A DNA stretch of 64,000 bases from the human T2T-CHM13v2.0 reference genome, Homo sapiens. How positions within the stretch are numbered: position 1 is the stretch's first letter; each line of letters begins with the position of its first letter. The stretch lies in NCBI RefSeq assembly GCF_009914755.1, contig NC_060936.1. The stretch is one strand, 5' to 3'. Below the pieces are notes generated by a model that saw only the letters and a list, made by a program, of their open reading frames with translations, was not told the origin of the DNA and did not search any database. The translations under genes and the position numbers were made by a program. Below are positions 24,551-38,261 of this stretch, in pieces.

Positions 24551-26458
24551 GAGTTATGCTCCCCATAATGACATTTTGGTCAATGGTAGGATGCATATAT
24601 GAAAGTGGTCCCATAAGATTTTAATGCAGCTGAAAATGTCCTATCATCTAGTGATGTCACAGCCATCCTAATGTCACAGTGCAACTCATTATTCATGAAT
24701 TTGTAATGATGCTAATATAAACAAACCTACTGTGCCGCCAGTTGTATAAAAGTATAACACATACAATTATATACAGTACATAATACTTGATCATGTTAAT
24801 TAATGACTTTTCCTGGTTTATTTATTTGCTATGCTATGTTTTTATCATTATTTTAAAGTGTACTTGTGTACTTACAAAAAAAAAGTTTACTGTGAAACAG
24901 TATTCTGGCAGCAGCTTCGTACATTTCATGTTTACCATGTCTCTTGATTGTATTATTTTATCTCGTGCTTGATTTAATCTTTTTTTTTTCATTATGGCCC
25001 CTAATTGTACAAAAGCCATGGTTTATGTTGCTGGTAAGAGGCCACATCAAGTTATTGACTTTGAAACAAAATTAAAAGTGATGAAGAACTATGAAGGTGG
25101 AAAATCAGTGATGGTTACTGCTCACCAGTCAGGCATGGCCCATTCCACCACAGCTCACCAGTCAGGCATGGCCCATTCCACCACAGCTACAATCTTGAAG
25201 AACATGAACAAAGTCACAGGAGCTATTAAAGGATCTGCTTCATTGAAGGCAATGAGACTAACAAAAAATTGAGACAGGCCTACATCAGATATGGAGAAAC
25301 TTCTAATGACTTGCATTGAGGAGCAGATACAGAAGCATATTCCTGTCAGCACCATGACAATAGCAGTCAAAGAAAAAGTTTTCTTGGGATGTTGAAAGAA
25401 TAAGCTGGACCTGACTATAGTGTTGCATTTACTACCAGCTCTGGGTGGTTTAAACATTTCAAGAATCATTATTCATTACATAGTATGAACATGAGTGGTG
25501 CGTCTGTGAGTGCTGATGTGAAGGCAGCTGAAGAATTCTTGGAAATTCTAGATAAGCTGAATGTGGAGCAAAATCACTTGCCAGAGCAAGTCTCCAGTAC
25601 AAATGAAATCTCCATATTCCAGAAACAGATGCCCGGAAAGACTTTACCCATAAGAAGGCCACATCGATGCAGGTTTCAAGGCTTTTAAAGACAGAAGTCT
25701 TGCCTGGGGGCAATGCTGCAGGCTACAGACTGAAACCCTTTGTGATCTGGCACAGTGGAAACTCCAGGGCCTTCAAGCATATGAACAAGTGCATGTGGCC
25801 AATGTACTACAGGAACAATAAGAAGTTGTAGATAATCTACCTCCCCTTCCAAGAAGCCCTCCTGAATTGCTATGCCAGAGAGATGGAGAAGTACTATTTG
25901 GAGAATTACATCCCCTTCAAGATTTTGCTTATTGTTGATGATGCTCCTGCACATCCTCCTTTTATGTGTGATCTTCATCAAAGCAGTGTTTCTCCCTCCA
26001 AATATCACCTCTTTGATTCAACCAATGGATCAAGGAGTTATAGCCACTTTTAAGGTCTACTATCTGAGGAGGACCTTTGCCTGCACTATTGCTGCAGCAG
26101 AGAAAGACACTGAGAAGACACAGATGCAACTCTGAAAGAATTACAACATCTACGACCAGAACCTTGCATCAGGAACCTTGCTTGGGTTTGGGGTGATGTC
26201 ACCAAGGAATGTGTGAATGGTATCTGGAAGAAGACACTCAAGAGGACTGCCCATGATTAAAAAGGATTTGCCAAGGATGAGGAGGTTGTAAAAACAACCA
26301 GGCTGTGGTTGAGATGACAAAGAACTTTAACCTGGATGTGAATAAGGATGACATTGAGGAGCTCCTAGAGGTGGCTCTTAAGGAGCTGACTAATGAGGAG
26401 TTGTTGGAACTGCAACAGAAATGCATAGCTGGAGAAGAGGCCAGAGAAAAAGAAACTG
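24551..26458 (+). mobile_element. Tigger3 (Golem) TcMar DNA transposon, 3'-truncated
   Basis: TA followed by the left TIR (gagttatgctccccataatgacattttggtcaa...ggtcccataagatt), then a transposase-homologous region; no right TIR. Confidence 0.9.
24994..26458 (+). pseudogene. Disabled pogo/Tigger3 DDE transposase
   Basis: Frameshifted fragments in order: MAP...ETKLKVMKNYEGGKS (HTH), SADVKAAEEF, FKILLIVDDAPAH, FLPPNITSLIQPMDQGVIATFK, ELTNEELLEL; multiple stops. Confidence 0.92.
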
Positions 26459-26537
26459 ATGCAGTTCTCAGAATGTATTCCCACTATTAAGCAACTCATG
26501 ACTATTTATTCTCTTCTTATACAGTGCAAAATTCTTA

Positions 26538-26839
26538 GGCCGGGCAGGCATGGTAATTCACACTTGTAATCCCAGCACTCTGGGAAGACGAGGCAGGAGG
26601 ATTGCTTGAGCCCAGGAGTTTGAGACCAGCCTAGGCAACATAGGGAGGCCCCCATCTCTACAAAATTTTTTAATAAAATTATCCAGACATGGTAGTGCAT
26701 GCCTGTGGTCCCAGCTACTTGGAAGGGTGAGGTGAAAGGATCACTTGAGCCCAGGAGTTTGAGGCTGCAGTGAGCCATGATCACACCACTGCACTCCAGC
26801 ATGGGTAACAAAATGGGAATCTGTCTCAAAAAAAAAAAA
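26538..26839 (+). mobile_element. AluJ (Jb-like)
   Basis: gaggattgcttgagcccaggagtttgag in both arms; poly-A; TSD ~aaaattctta/aaaactta. Confidence 0.92.
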
Positions 26840-27061
26840 CTTAAAACACTTTAATCCAATCACCCACTTCCCAGTGCCCCTGCTTTTGTTGTGTGATGTA
26901 GTTAATTCTGTCTTAGCTTATCACCATAAAGGTTTTATACAATTTATGTTGGTTTTAGATTTACATGTATATTTACAACTTTCTTACTAATCAGTCTGTC
27001 TTTCATCTAAGAATCTTCCATCTGGGAATATCTTTATTATGCCACAAGTACATCCTTTTAG

Positions 27062-27392
<331 letters not shown>

Positions 27393-29904
27393 TAGAATTC
27401 TTATAATAAGAGTCTCTTGGTAGCAAATTTCTTCTGTTTTTATTATTCCTAAACATGTCTTTATTTCACTTAAACTATTAAAAGATTTTCTGCTGGGTAA
27501 TTCTAAGTTGACAGTTACTTTCTCTGTACATTAACAAACTTCCACTGTCTTCTGACTTTCATCATTGCTATCCAGAAGTCAGTTCTGTTACAATTGCCAT
27601 TCTTTTGTAGATAGTCTATTGTTCTCTGGCTGCTTTTAAGACACTCTCTTTCTTCAGGTGTTCCAGAATTTGACTATGACGTTTCCAGGTGGTGTATTTC
27701 TTTTCCTTCACCCTGATTGGGATGGATTGGATCCCTAAATATGAAGCCTGATGTTTTTCATCAGTCCTGGAAAATACTTGGCCATTATTTCCTCAAACAT
27801 TCCCTTTCCCTCATATCTCACTTCTCTTCTTCTACAATACCAAATATGAAACCATCTCAGTCTATCTTATGTGTCTCCTAACCTTTCTTAAATATTTTTA
27901 TTGTTTTGTCTCTTTGTGCTTCATTCTGAATACTTTCTTCAGACCTATTTTTCAGTTCATTGATTCTCTTTTCACTATGTCTAATCCACTGTTAAATCCA
28001 TCTATTGATTTTTTTTCCCGCTTTATCTAGTACCAACTTTCAAGGCATGCAGTTTTTCTTCCTGTTCCCTGCTAGGAGGGGTGGACAGCTTTATTTTTAG
28101 TTTACCTCAACACACTCAACCTGTGCAGGACTTTGGGTTCCCAGCACTATCTCAGGTCTCTCCTTACACTTCCCACTTTGAATGGAATCCAGTTTTTCCC
28201 CCACTTTCTCCAGTCCCTAAAAGACCATGAAAATAAAAACTCAACTTAGCTGGGGCTTCAGCAAGTAGCCTCAAATGGAAAGTGTCTTTAGTAATTTGAT
28301 TACCTCTTTGGATTTTTTCCTTCCTACCAGCTCATTAGTACATCTTAGGATTTTTTAAATTCTGAATTTGAGGATTTCACTGGCAGGTAATTCAGGAAAT
28401 CTTATCTACCATTCTTTCAGAAATAGAAAACAGGTTTGTTTTAAATTGGGAATAAGACTAGATACCAACTCTAGCACGCATTCCAAGTTTTTTGTGAACA
28501 GTTGAAGCAGATGTTGGGTATACATGATGTATAAAAGCAAGTTGCAAATAAATGTATATAATATAACCCAATTTTTGTAGAAATAAATATAAAAAACATT
28601 TAAATATATTTGTATAAGTAGAAGAGCATAAACAAAGATGTAAAGAGTTGCATATGCAACTATGTATTTGGTCACTTCAGAATATCTAAGAAAGGCAAGA
28701 TAGATGGTGGGAGAAAATAAGGGGAAAAAACTATTTAAGAGGGAAAATATACAACTTAATAAAATGTGCAATAAAATATTCTTCCAAATTTGTAAACGTT
28801 AATAAGTCTATGGCAAAGACTAAAATGTAACAGAAAAAATGCATTGATGGTTTAGGTGTTACCTTGCTCAGCAATAAAGAAATTGGCCCAATGATCCTCC
28901 ACCGGTCCCTTAAATTGCCACTCAGGTAGCTCTGGATGATAATGTACCTATAGCACTCTCTTCTCTTTCCCAGATCAGTCCTGAACCACTTCTGCTGCAT
29001 CATTCTATATTCCACATTCAGACCACTCACAGTACCCACCTTGGACTGCTCACAACCTTGGAATTATTTCCTCTCTGTATGACTTGGCCTTCAGTCTTAA
29101 TCCCAAAGCTCAATTTAATGAACTTCACTATGGCTCAGACTCTCCATCTGGACAGAATGCCTCTAGTTTATGAATAGAGACAACTAATATTAGTTGAGCA
29201 CTTTCTATATTTCAGATATTAAGTGGGTGGTTTTTATGCATTATTTTGCCTTCATGATAACCCTGAGAGAAGTTTAAACACTGAGAGAAAGTATCCTAGG
29301 GAGATCTGATTAGTGAGGGAAGTCGCCTTGAGGAGATGGGGATGACGCCAATCACTGAAGAATAGGTAGGAGTTAAACTGGTGACCACATAGCCAAGGAA
29401 TTGAATCTCGGAAACTCAGCATGTAATGATTCAATACTAACTTCTTTAAGTGGCAAAGTAAATTATATAGATTTTTTGAAAATGAGGTTACAGATTTGTC
29501 CTTATGGAAAAACCAATATTGTCTCATTGAGCTCGAGTGTCTGGACAAATGGTCCTGTCAGTGTTCCCTCTGAAAGGATCCAGGGCACATCTTCCCTAAG
29601 GGGATGATAGGATCAATTCTGTTTTTTAATTATCACTCCTTTTGTGGTTGCTTTTATGTTGTGTGTAATTTGGTTGCTTAGATGACAGGTTGAGCAAAAT
29701 AAACACTTAGCAGAAAGAATATTTCCTGGGAATCTTAAAAGATACAAGAAAATGGGGAAAAATAGAACTTCAGTCGCCTGATGGTGAGAAGTTACAAAAA
29801 GGGTCAGGTGTTTTGATGGAAGTCATTGTAGAAAAAAAATGAAAGACGTTGAAGCTTGAAGATACTAAAACTTAATACTTTATCATCTATATTTTCCAAC
29901 TGAA

Positions 29905-30400
29905 TGACAGGGGTTAAGACATGCTGTCCCAAAATATGGCACTTTGGCATATAAAACGTTTTAAGCTGAAGGAATTTGAGAAACAGCAGGTGAAGGAAAG
30001 ATTTTCTGACCCTCCCCTAATGCAGGCTATAAAACCCTCACATGAGAAGTACCCTCCTTATGCCCAGAGAAAAGGAACATCTTTGTCTCCAAAGACACAG
30101 GGACACGGAGATGATGAACAGGCCTTGCTAAGTTTCCTCCACTCTATTACCCTTAGCTTGTACCTTTATCCAACCACATTCTTCCATGACTCTCCAGTCT
30201 TCATCAAACCTGGCATAAAAACACTCAGACTTAACCACTTCTTTGGGTCTTCATTTCCTTATGAAGGCTCCAGTGTCATATAAAACTTCCATTAAATAAA
30301 TGTATGTATGCTTTTCTTTTGTTAATCTGTCTTTTGTTACAGGGTCCCCAGCCAAAAACTCAGTAGGGTCAAAGCAAACAGTATGTTTCCTTCCCATGTC
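29905..30400 (+). mobile_element. ERV1 solo LTR (MER34/MER39-like)
   Basis: ccaaaatatggcactttggcat...agctgaaggaatttgagaaacagcag; AATAAA at 30295-30300. Confidence 0.8.
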
Positions 30401-30404
30401 TAAT

Positions 30405-30584
30405 GAGGTAGTCACTGGCTACATAATGGCTATTTACATTTAAACTAAATAAAGATTAAATTTCTCAGTCTCGCTAGCCATATTTCAAGGGCTCCACAGA
30501 CATTTGTGGCTAGTAGCTAATGCATTGAACAGCTCAGATACAGAACATTTCCATTATTGTAGAAAGTTCTATTGGACCGAGCTG
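30405..30584. mobile_element. MER3/MER33-like hAT-Charlie fragment
   Basis: ctagccatatttcaagggctc...agaacatttccattattgtagaaagttctattggac. Confidence 0.8.
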
Positions 30585-31529
30585 AGAGCTATAACTCAGA
30601 AAAGCCCTGAATAGTGTCCTACTATACCTGTACAAATACAATCTTCAATCAGGTCGTGATTGCCTAAATTTAAATGTCTTACATGGAAATTCCATCCAAC
30701 TCAGTAAACATTTTATTAAACAACCTTCTGTGTGCCAGGCATTGAACCAACCACTGAGGGAATAGAAAAACAAATTAGACATGGTTACTGCCTTCAAGTA
30801 GTTTATAAGCTAGACAGGGGGAAAGATATGTGATCTGCTTCAGGGGCTGAAAGAACGCAGGAGGCTTTTCCTTAAGCACGAAGTTCTTCCAAGGCAGGTA
30901 TTGTAAAAGGTACCACATTCCAAACTCTCCAATTTCAGTGTGGAACTGAAGGTTTCCAGAATTCTGGAGACAATGAAATAAGATTTGCACACTGTGACAA
31001 CACAGGTCTCTAACAGCGAATCCAAGACTGGGATTTTTTTAAAGCTCTCTCCCCTTCCCCACCTTGAGTGTACAATGGAGAGTGCTAGTGTGGTGTCACA
31101 TGGTGCAACATGGCTCAGTGTTGTGTGAAACTAAGGTAATAGGCTTCTCGTGGCCTATTTCTTCATTTGTAAAATGAGCAAGTTAGACAGTAAGATAATC
31201 CACTGCATTGCAAGAAAATCTTGTTCAAACAGTTTATATGTATTTTTACTTGAAAATATGATGAAAAAAATAAGGTTTTACTAATCTGAATCGACACTGG
31301 GCTCTGGCCTGGGGCCTGCGTCAGGGGTCTGTGGTCACACCAGGTAAGTGAGGAATCCTGAGTGAGGAGCAAGAGCTCCCCAACGTGGAGGTGCCGCAGC
31401 CCTTTGCTTAGATAGCCCTTTGCTACCTAATTAACATAAAATTAATCAGTTCTTCCAAAATGGACAAGTGTTTAAAAAAGAATTCTGCCAAAGAAAATGC
31501 GGACTGAAGATAACGCAGATAAGGCAGCT

Positions 31530-31611
31530 ACAGGTTAAACTACATGAAACTGTCAATATTTGCTCAGTTTTTATATTTAAAAGATAGCAATTGAATATAA
31601 TTCAAACTAAT
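31530..31611. mobile_element. MADE2 mariner MITE
   Basis: aggttaaactacatgaaactg ... caattgaatataattcaaactaa, with imperfect TIRs. Confidence 0.6.
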
Positions 31612-32464
31612 TATATTAAATGCCACTCCTCCAAGTACTAATCAGCCACGATTTAGATAAAAACAATGACCATCTAATGAAACTCGACATAAATAGAGCT
31701 CAAAAAGGTAAAATTATGAAAAGGCCATTTGAAATAAGGACATACATCCACTCTCTTTAATTATGAACTATGAACAGAATAAGTATATATTTTGCTTTAA
31801 GATAGTAGCTATTGATAGAATGAAGACATCACATGTGAATTGCTTACTTCATCTTTGCATCAACTTTTAATATTTAGATTTGGGGCATGTTTTATAATGA
31901 ACATAACATATGAGCATAACAGTCGTGATTAACGTATACAATTAAAGATATGTGGAAATGACTCCATCTCCGACCACACATCCTCGGTGTAATTTTGATG
32001 GGGATGGCTTATGTTCTACTGCCACCTCGTGGTGGGCATTCTGTGAACATGCATCTTGGAACAGTGGGGAGAACCAGTTTGGACTTCTGAGGATCCAAAA
32101 GCCCAAGAAAAAAATCTGAGTTCTCACGACAAAGTCACTTCCTGCCACAACACCTGGAAAATGTCATGACCCGAGCTAGTCTCACTTCAGGTAACCTCAC
32201 CTCTATGGACCTGTCAATTCATCCATAAACTTGATTTTCCAACTCTTGCTGAACTTCAAAAACACTTCCAATTCTAAAATATCTATGTTACTAAGTGTCA
32301 CTGTTCAGACTTTATGAGCTTCTAAACCCTTTATGTGTTTTCATTTTTTATTCTATGAAGATCTATAAGGTCTCACAGAGTTAGTCCTTCCTTCTCTATT
32401 TCTATCACATTGTGTATACATCTTTTACAGTACTTATTAGGTTGGGTTGGTTTGGTTTGTTATT

Positions 32465-32690
32465 TTTTTCTCAACTTTTTATTTTTAAACAATTGTAGAT
32501 ACATTAGAAGTTTTATTTAAAAATGTGCAGGGAGGTCCCATGCGTGTCTCAGACTTCCGCAATGGTAGCATCTTACATCACTACAGTACATGATCAAAAC
32601 CAGGAAACTGAAATGAATGCAACCCACAGAGTTTGTTCAGACTTCACCAGCTTTACATGCACTTGTTTGTGTGTGTGCAGATCGTTTTCA
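32465..32690 (-). mobile_element. L1MC-type 3' end
   Basis: caatggtagcatctta...atcaaaaccaggaaactga...ttcagacttcaccag. Confidence 0.75.
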
Positions 32691-33259
32691 TGTCTCTGTC
32701 ATTCTAGAGTCCCTGGTTTCTAGTACGGTGCCTGACAGATAGATGACTTTCTTTATATGTTGCTGAAGAAAGGCAGAGAGGAAGAAAGGAAGAGAGGATA
32801 AAGGGAGGTAAGGGAAGAAGAATTTATCAAACAATTGATAAATTAAAAGTGGTGTTTTAAAAAGGTAATGCTTAAGTGGATTTTCTGAACATGGTAGATC
32901 AATGTTAAAACCCAGCTTTTCACTCACAATGGCAGTCATTTTTTTAAATTACTACCCAATAGATCACTTGATATACCAATCTTCCAGACATCTATACAAA
33001 TGACATTCATACAAATTACAGACTCTTGGAGTTGTCAGCCGCTGTTCGTTCAGATGGCTGACGAGGCCCTAACAAGCACTTTTGCCTGTTCCTTTCTTTG
33101 TTTTAAAGCTATTTCTCATGTGCTGCTGACAGCCTGTTTTACTTTAGGCTGCAACCACACTCTTTGAGTCTCAGTTTTTCCATCTCAAAAATGGTAAAGT
33201 TCCCTGTCAGAAATTATATTCTAGTAACTCCATGGCTCTAAGATATCAGAGTTTTCTTT

Positions 33260-34570
33260 TTGAAACTACTCCTTTTATTACATATAAATATAATAAATAT
33301 TTGCAAGTAACAAAGATAATGAAAAATATAAAAAAGAACTTTCAAATCACCTATAATTTCATCCATTAATAATACAATATTAATATTTTAACGAATTTCC
33401 TTTTCTTTCAGTTGTGCCTACATCCATTCATCTACTTTTGTATAAACATATAAACATGCAAAAAGAATATATTCACTTAATTCAGAATAAAACTATACTC
33501 AAAGTCATGGGGTCCTAAGTTTTGAGTGGTAACTTTTCCTGTTAAAACTGTCTCAAAGCTCATGAAATACTCTTTCAATATTTGTAGAGTATTCCATCGT
33601 CCTAATATACTGTTTATATATTTCATTATTTCCATATTTTTAACATTTACTCTTCTCTTTTTTGCTATTAGGAATAAACTTGATATAAGCATCTTTGCAT
33701 AATTAACAACTGGGTCAAATTTTCTTCATTTCATTGAGATTCTTGATACAAGCCTCTGCTGATGAATTGGATTCCAAAAAGGTAGTTACAATTTACATTT
33801 ATGCCAAGTGCAAGCACATACATTTATTACATCTTTGCTAAAATCATAATTATCTTTAAAACTTTGCCCAAAATTTTATAGTTGAAAAATTATCTCATTA
33901 TTATTTCTATTTCTTTGATAGCTAAAAAAAGTTAGCCTTTTGTACGTTTTTCAGAAAACATCATATGTATCAAATAACATGGTATTATATTTGTAAATTA
34001 TATGTATCTTGCCTCATATTTCTATTAGGATGTTGTTGCTTTCTTATTAATGTCTTATTAATTTACACATTATGGATATTAGCCCTTGTTATATCTGTTG
34101 CAAGCAATGCTTTTTCAATTTTTGCCCTTAATTATATTTACAATGAGGATTATCTATAGTTTTCTTTTTTTATTCTTAGAAATCCAATGTCTAGAATCAG
34201 TTACATATTTATGTACAATTTGTTCTATCACTTATAGTGTTATTTTTATATTTAAAATAGAATACCTAAGAACTTATTTTTATTACAGTATGATGTTAGC
34301 TGTTATAGCTTCACTTTTTCCTGAATAACTTCTCTTCTAAGTATTTAGAAATCAATCCCTTGCTTGTTTCTCCACTTCTTTTTCTTTCTTGATCATAAGT
34401 GAAGAATCTATTTCAGGAATTGTTGATTCTGATTTCAATACCATATATCTTAGTTGTCATGGCTCTATAATATATTTTATATCTAAGCAGGCAAGTGTCT
34501 ATTACTCTTCTTTTTCAACATTTTCTATAGATATTTATAACTGTTTATTCTTTCAGACATAGTTAAAATA
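33260..34570 (-). mobile_element. Highly decayed L1ME-like LINE
   Basis: Very T-rich, with L1-type motifs (gtagagtattccat, tatggatattagcccttg). Confidence 0.55.
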
Positions 34571-34579
34571 ATAATAATA

Positions 34580-34742
<163 letters not shown>

Positions 34743-34745
34743 AAA

Positions 34746-35060
34746 GGCTGGGCTTGGTGACTCATGCCTGTAATCCCAGCACTTTGGGAGGCCAAGGCAG
34801 ATGGATCACTTGAGGTCAGGAGTTCAAGACCAGCCTGGTCAACATGGCAAAACCCCATATCTACTAAAAACACAAAAATTAGCTGGAGATGATGACATGC
34901 ACCTGTAGTCCCAGCTACTCAGGAGGCTGAGAGAGGAGAATCACTTGAACCCAGGAGGTGAAGGTTGCAGTGAGCCAAGATCTTGCTACTATACTCCAGC
35001 CTGGGTGACAGAGCAAGACTCTGTCTCAAACTAATAACAATAATAATAATAAAATAATAA
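34746..35060 (+). mobile_element. AluS with (TAA)n tail, followed by a purine-rich tract
   Basis: Full dimeric Alu. Confidence 0.93.
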
Positions 35061-35899
35061 GATGACAAGAAGAAGAAGAGAAAAGGAAAAGAAGTAGAAG
35101 GAGGAGGAGGAAGAGAATCACCTTAGTCTAGTTAGGGTGATGATTCCTTCAAGTGAGATTTATACAGACTTTTTTATCCAGTCATCATGAAATTGAGCCT
35201 TGGCTCATTTATTCACAAGAAACACTTCTGTGATATGTTGACCTTTTTTTTTAACTTAAACTGTTTATTGTGATCTCTTATGGAATGAACCTTGACCTTG
35301 AGGTTTGCTTGTTTGCATTTTGTTATGAGAAATTGCATTTACTCACTCTGTGTTTGTTATAGGAACTTATATTTGTTAGGTGACATGCTGTAGAAAATTA
35401 GGTTTGCTCATTTAAATTGTAGTGTGAACACTGGTGATATGAAGACTGACTCACTATCTGTAGCCTCTCCAGCTTTGCTCTGTAACCTCACTTTGATATA
35501 AGTGGCTCTATTTCCCCCGTTAGTCAGAGAGCATTGAAACTCCTTGAGTTTTCCCTTTAAGCCTGTCTGAGAATAAACTTGGTGATGCTATCAAATCTAT
35601 TTATTAAAAACAAAAAAACACAAAAGGAATTTTCATCAATACTGACTTTAGGAAGCCATAGTTGATAGGAACAAAAGACAAATAATTAATTCCTGTAAAA
35701 TTTAATTGGTTTCACAAGAGAAGTGAGTACTTGCTACAAGGGAATGGTGAAAAGGAAATATCTCTATGGGGATCAAATGAAATTTGGGACATTTTCACCC
35801 TAGAGACAATGCTTGAGGTAGAAATACTGGGTATTTGGTACAAATACTGGGTCCATTTACACCCTCACAAATGTCACTGGTGAGCACATGGGTCTAATC

Positions 35900-36478
35900 C
35901 AGAGTTTCTCAACCTTGGCACTATTGATATTTGAGGCTGTTATTAGTCCATTTTCACACTGCTATAAAGACATACCCAAGACTGAGTAATTTATAAAGAA
36001 AAGAGGTTTCATTGACTCACAGTTCCACATGGCTGGGGAGGCCTCAGGAAACTTATACTCATGGTGGAAAGGGAAGAGGCATATCTTATGTGGCAACAGG
36101 CAAGAGAGAACAAGCAAGAGCAGGGGAAACTGCCTTATAAAACCATCAGATCTTATGAGAACTCACTCACTATCATGAGAACAGCATGGGGGAAACCAGC
36201 CCCATGTTCCAGTCCCTTCCCAACAGGTCTCTCCCTTAACACCTGGGGATTACAATTCAAGATGAGATTTGGGTGGGGACACAAAGCCTGACCATATCAG
36301 GAGCTGAGTAATTATTTGTCGCGGGGGCTGTCCTGTGCATTGCAGGGCGTTAAACATTTGTAGCCTCCATCCACTAGATGCCGGTAGCATTCCTCCTCTC
36401 AGTTTGAAAACCAAAAGTCTCCAGACATTGCCAAATATCCCCTGGAGAGCAAAAACCACCCCTGGTTGAGAGCCACTG
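35900..36478 (+). mobile_element. MER20 hAT element interrupted by a MaLR LTR
   Basis: cagagtttctcaaccttggcactattga ... ggttgagagccactg; 8-bp TSD gtctaatc/gtcgaatc. Confidence 0.92.
35938..36299 (-). mobile_element. MST/THE1 solo LTR
   Basis: tattagtccattttcacactgctataaag ... gagatttgggtggggacac...accatatca. Confidence 0.93.
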
Positions 36479-36837
36479 GTCGAATCCTACCTTTTCTCTT
36501 TCTAACAGCAAAAATGAAGGTTTGGAGAAGTATTAGTATAAGAAGGCATATGACTCGCAGGCTCACTTAGTTATCCGTCCTCCCCTGGAGATGGTCCTAA
36601 TAGTACTGCAGCCCTTAAAACAAGGAAACAGCTTCTCTGAGCAACACAGTCTACAAGGAAGCATTCCAACTTCCAGAAAAGATTTTTCCCATCCTCCTCC
36701 TGAAAGGTTCAAAGAGACCATGAAATCTCAACCGTCTTCACCAGCAACATTGTATATCAACAGGAAAAAAACAATTTCATTAGTGTTATTTATAAGACCA
36801 TAGTATTTTAGCATCCAAAGTTCGTTAGAAATCGTTT

Positions 36838-36997
36838 GAGTCAGTTTCCTAAATTCCCCTGATGCTTGGCAAATGTGCAGCCTCCCAGTCCCCACCCCAG
36901 CCCCACCTGCTCACTGTGTTCAGAAGTAAAGCCTGGGAATCTGTTTTTAGTAAGTGCCCAGATGGTTCCTATGATCAGTGAAGTTTGGACAATGCTG
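36838..36997. mobile_element. MER5-like hAT fragment
   Basis: gcctgggaatctgtttttagtaagtgcccagatggttcctatg. Confidence 0.6.
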
Positions 36998-37249
36998 ATC
37001 TTCATTTTACCAGAGGAGACAGAGGAGTTCTAGGGAAGTCACTTTCCCAAGATCCCCCAGCTGGAAAGGGACAGACCCAGGACTCAGTCCAGGTATCCCA
37101 ACACCTTATCCACTGCTCTTTCCTTTGCACCAGTTTGAGGGAGGAGAGAACCAGCAAATCCCTCAGAAGGAAGTCTCAGAAACAGACTAGCCTAGGTGGG
37201 GTGGCAGGAGGGCTGAGAAGTGGGTTAAAGCAAGTCACCTATTTTTATA

Positions 37250-37428
37250 TAGGTCATGGATCAGCAAACCTTCCTATAAAGAACCAGAGAGGAAAGTTTT
37301 GACTTTGCAGGCCATGTGATCTCTCTTAAAGACTCAGTTCTGTGGATAGAGCTCCAAAGCAGCTATAGACAATCCATAAGCAAATGGGCATGGTGGGTTC
37401 CAAAAAACTATGTTAACAAAATCAGGGC
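37250..37428. mobile_element. MER58A-like fragment
   Basis: cagcaaaccttcctataaagaaccaga...ctttgcaggccat...aaagcagctatagacaat. Confidence 0.75.
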
Positions 37429-37727
37429 ACTATGCTTTTCCTACCCCAGATATAAATGACATTTGGCCAATATAAATATAAGAGTAGCCTGGAAAGAAAA
37501 GGGGAAAAACTGAAAACCAGGTGGTGGGGAGAAAAGGGATTATATCCAGCTTGTAGCCCAAGAGTTAAAAATAAAAGGTTTGTGCTAGTCAGCCAAAAGC
37601 ATTTAAGCAAAGCTTAAACATGCTAAAGACCAATAATTATGCAAACTAATAAACTGCTCTCCCAGTTTGAGTTCTCCAGAAGCCAACCCTGAGACCAGGG
37701 TTTAAGGGCAAATAGTCCATTTGGGGG

Positions 37728-38130
37728 TGCATTAGTTTGTTTTCACACTGCTATAAAGAACTATCTGAGACTGGGTAATTTATTACAAAAAAAAAAAAGA
37801 GGTTTAATCAGCTTTTGGTTCTATGGGCTGTACAGGCTTCTGCTTCTGAAGAGGCTCCAGAAAACTTACAATTATGGCAAAAGGTGAAGGGGAAACAGGC
37901 ACATTTTCAAATGTCCAGCAAGAAAGAGAGAGAGAAGGGGAAGGTGCTACACGCTTTCAAACAACCAGATCTCCTGAGAACTCTATCGCAAGACAGCACT
38001 AGGGGGATGCTACTAAACTGTTAGAAACCATGCCAATGATCCAGTCACCTTCCAGCAGGCCCCATCTCCAACACTGGGAATTACAATTTGACATGAGATG
38101 TGGGTGGGGACACAGAGCCAAACCATATCA
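37728..38130 (-). mobile_element. MSTA-like solo LTR
   Basis: tgcattagtttgttttcacactgctataaag ... aaaccatatca; TSD ggggg/gggag. Confidence 0.92.
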
Positions 38131-38261
38131 GGGAGGTAATGTGAAATATCCTTAGGGGATCTGGGAAGTGAGCCTGGGAAAGGACGGTAGGCAAAACAGA
38201 GTGTTTTTCAAGCCCCCTGTCATGGTAGGCTTCACCCTGCAGGGAATCTCTGGAAAATAGC

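Noticed and set aside
24994-26490. Possible domesticated TIGD-like gene
   Set aside because: Multiple stops and frameshifts, adjacent TIR and 3' truncation indicate a dead Tigger3
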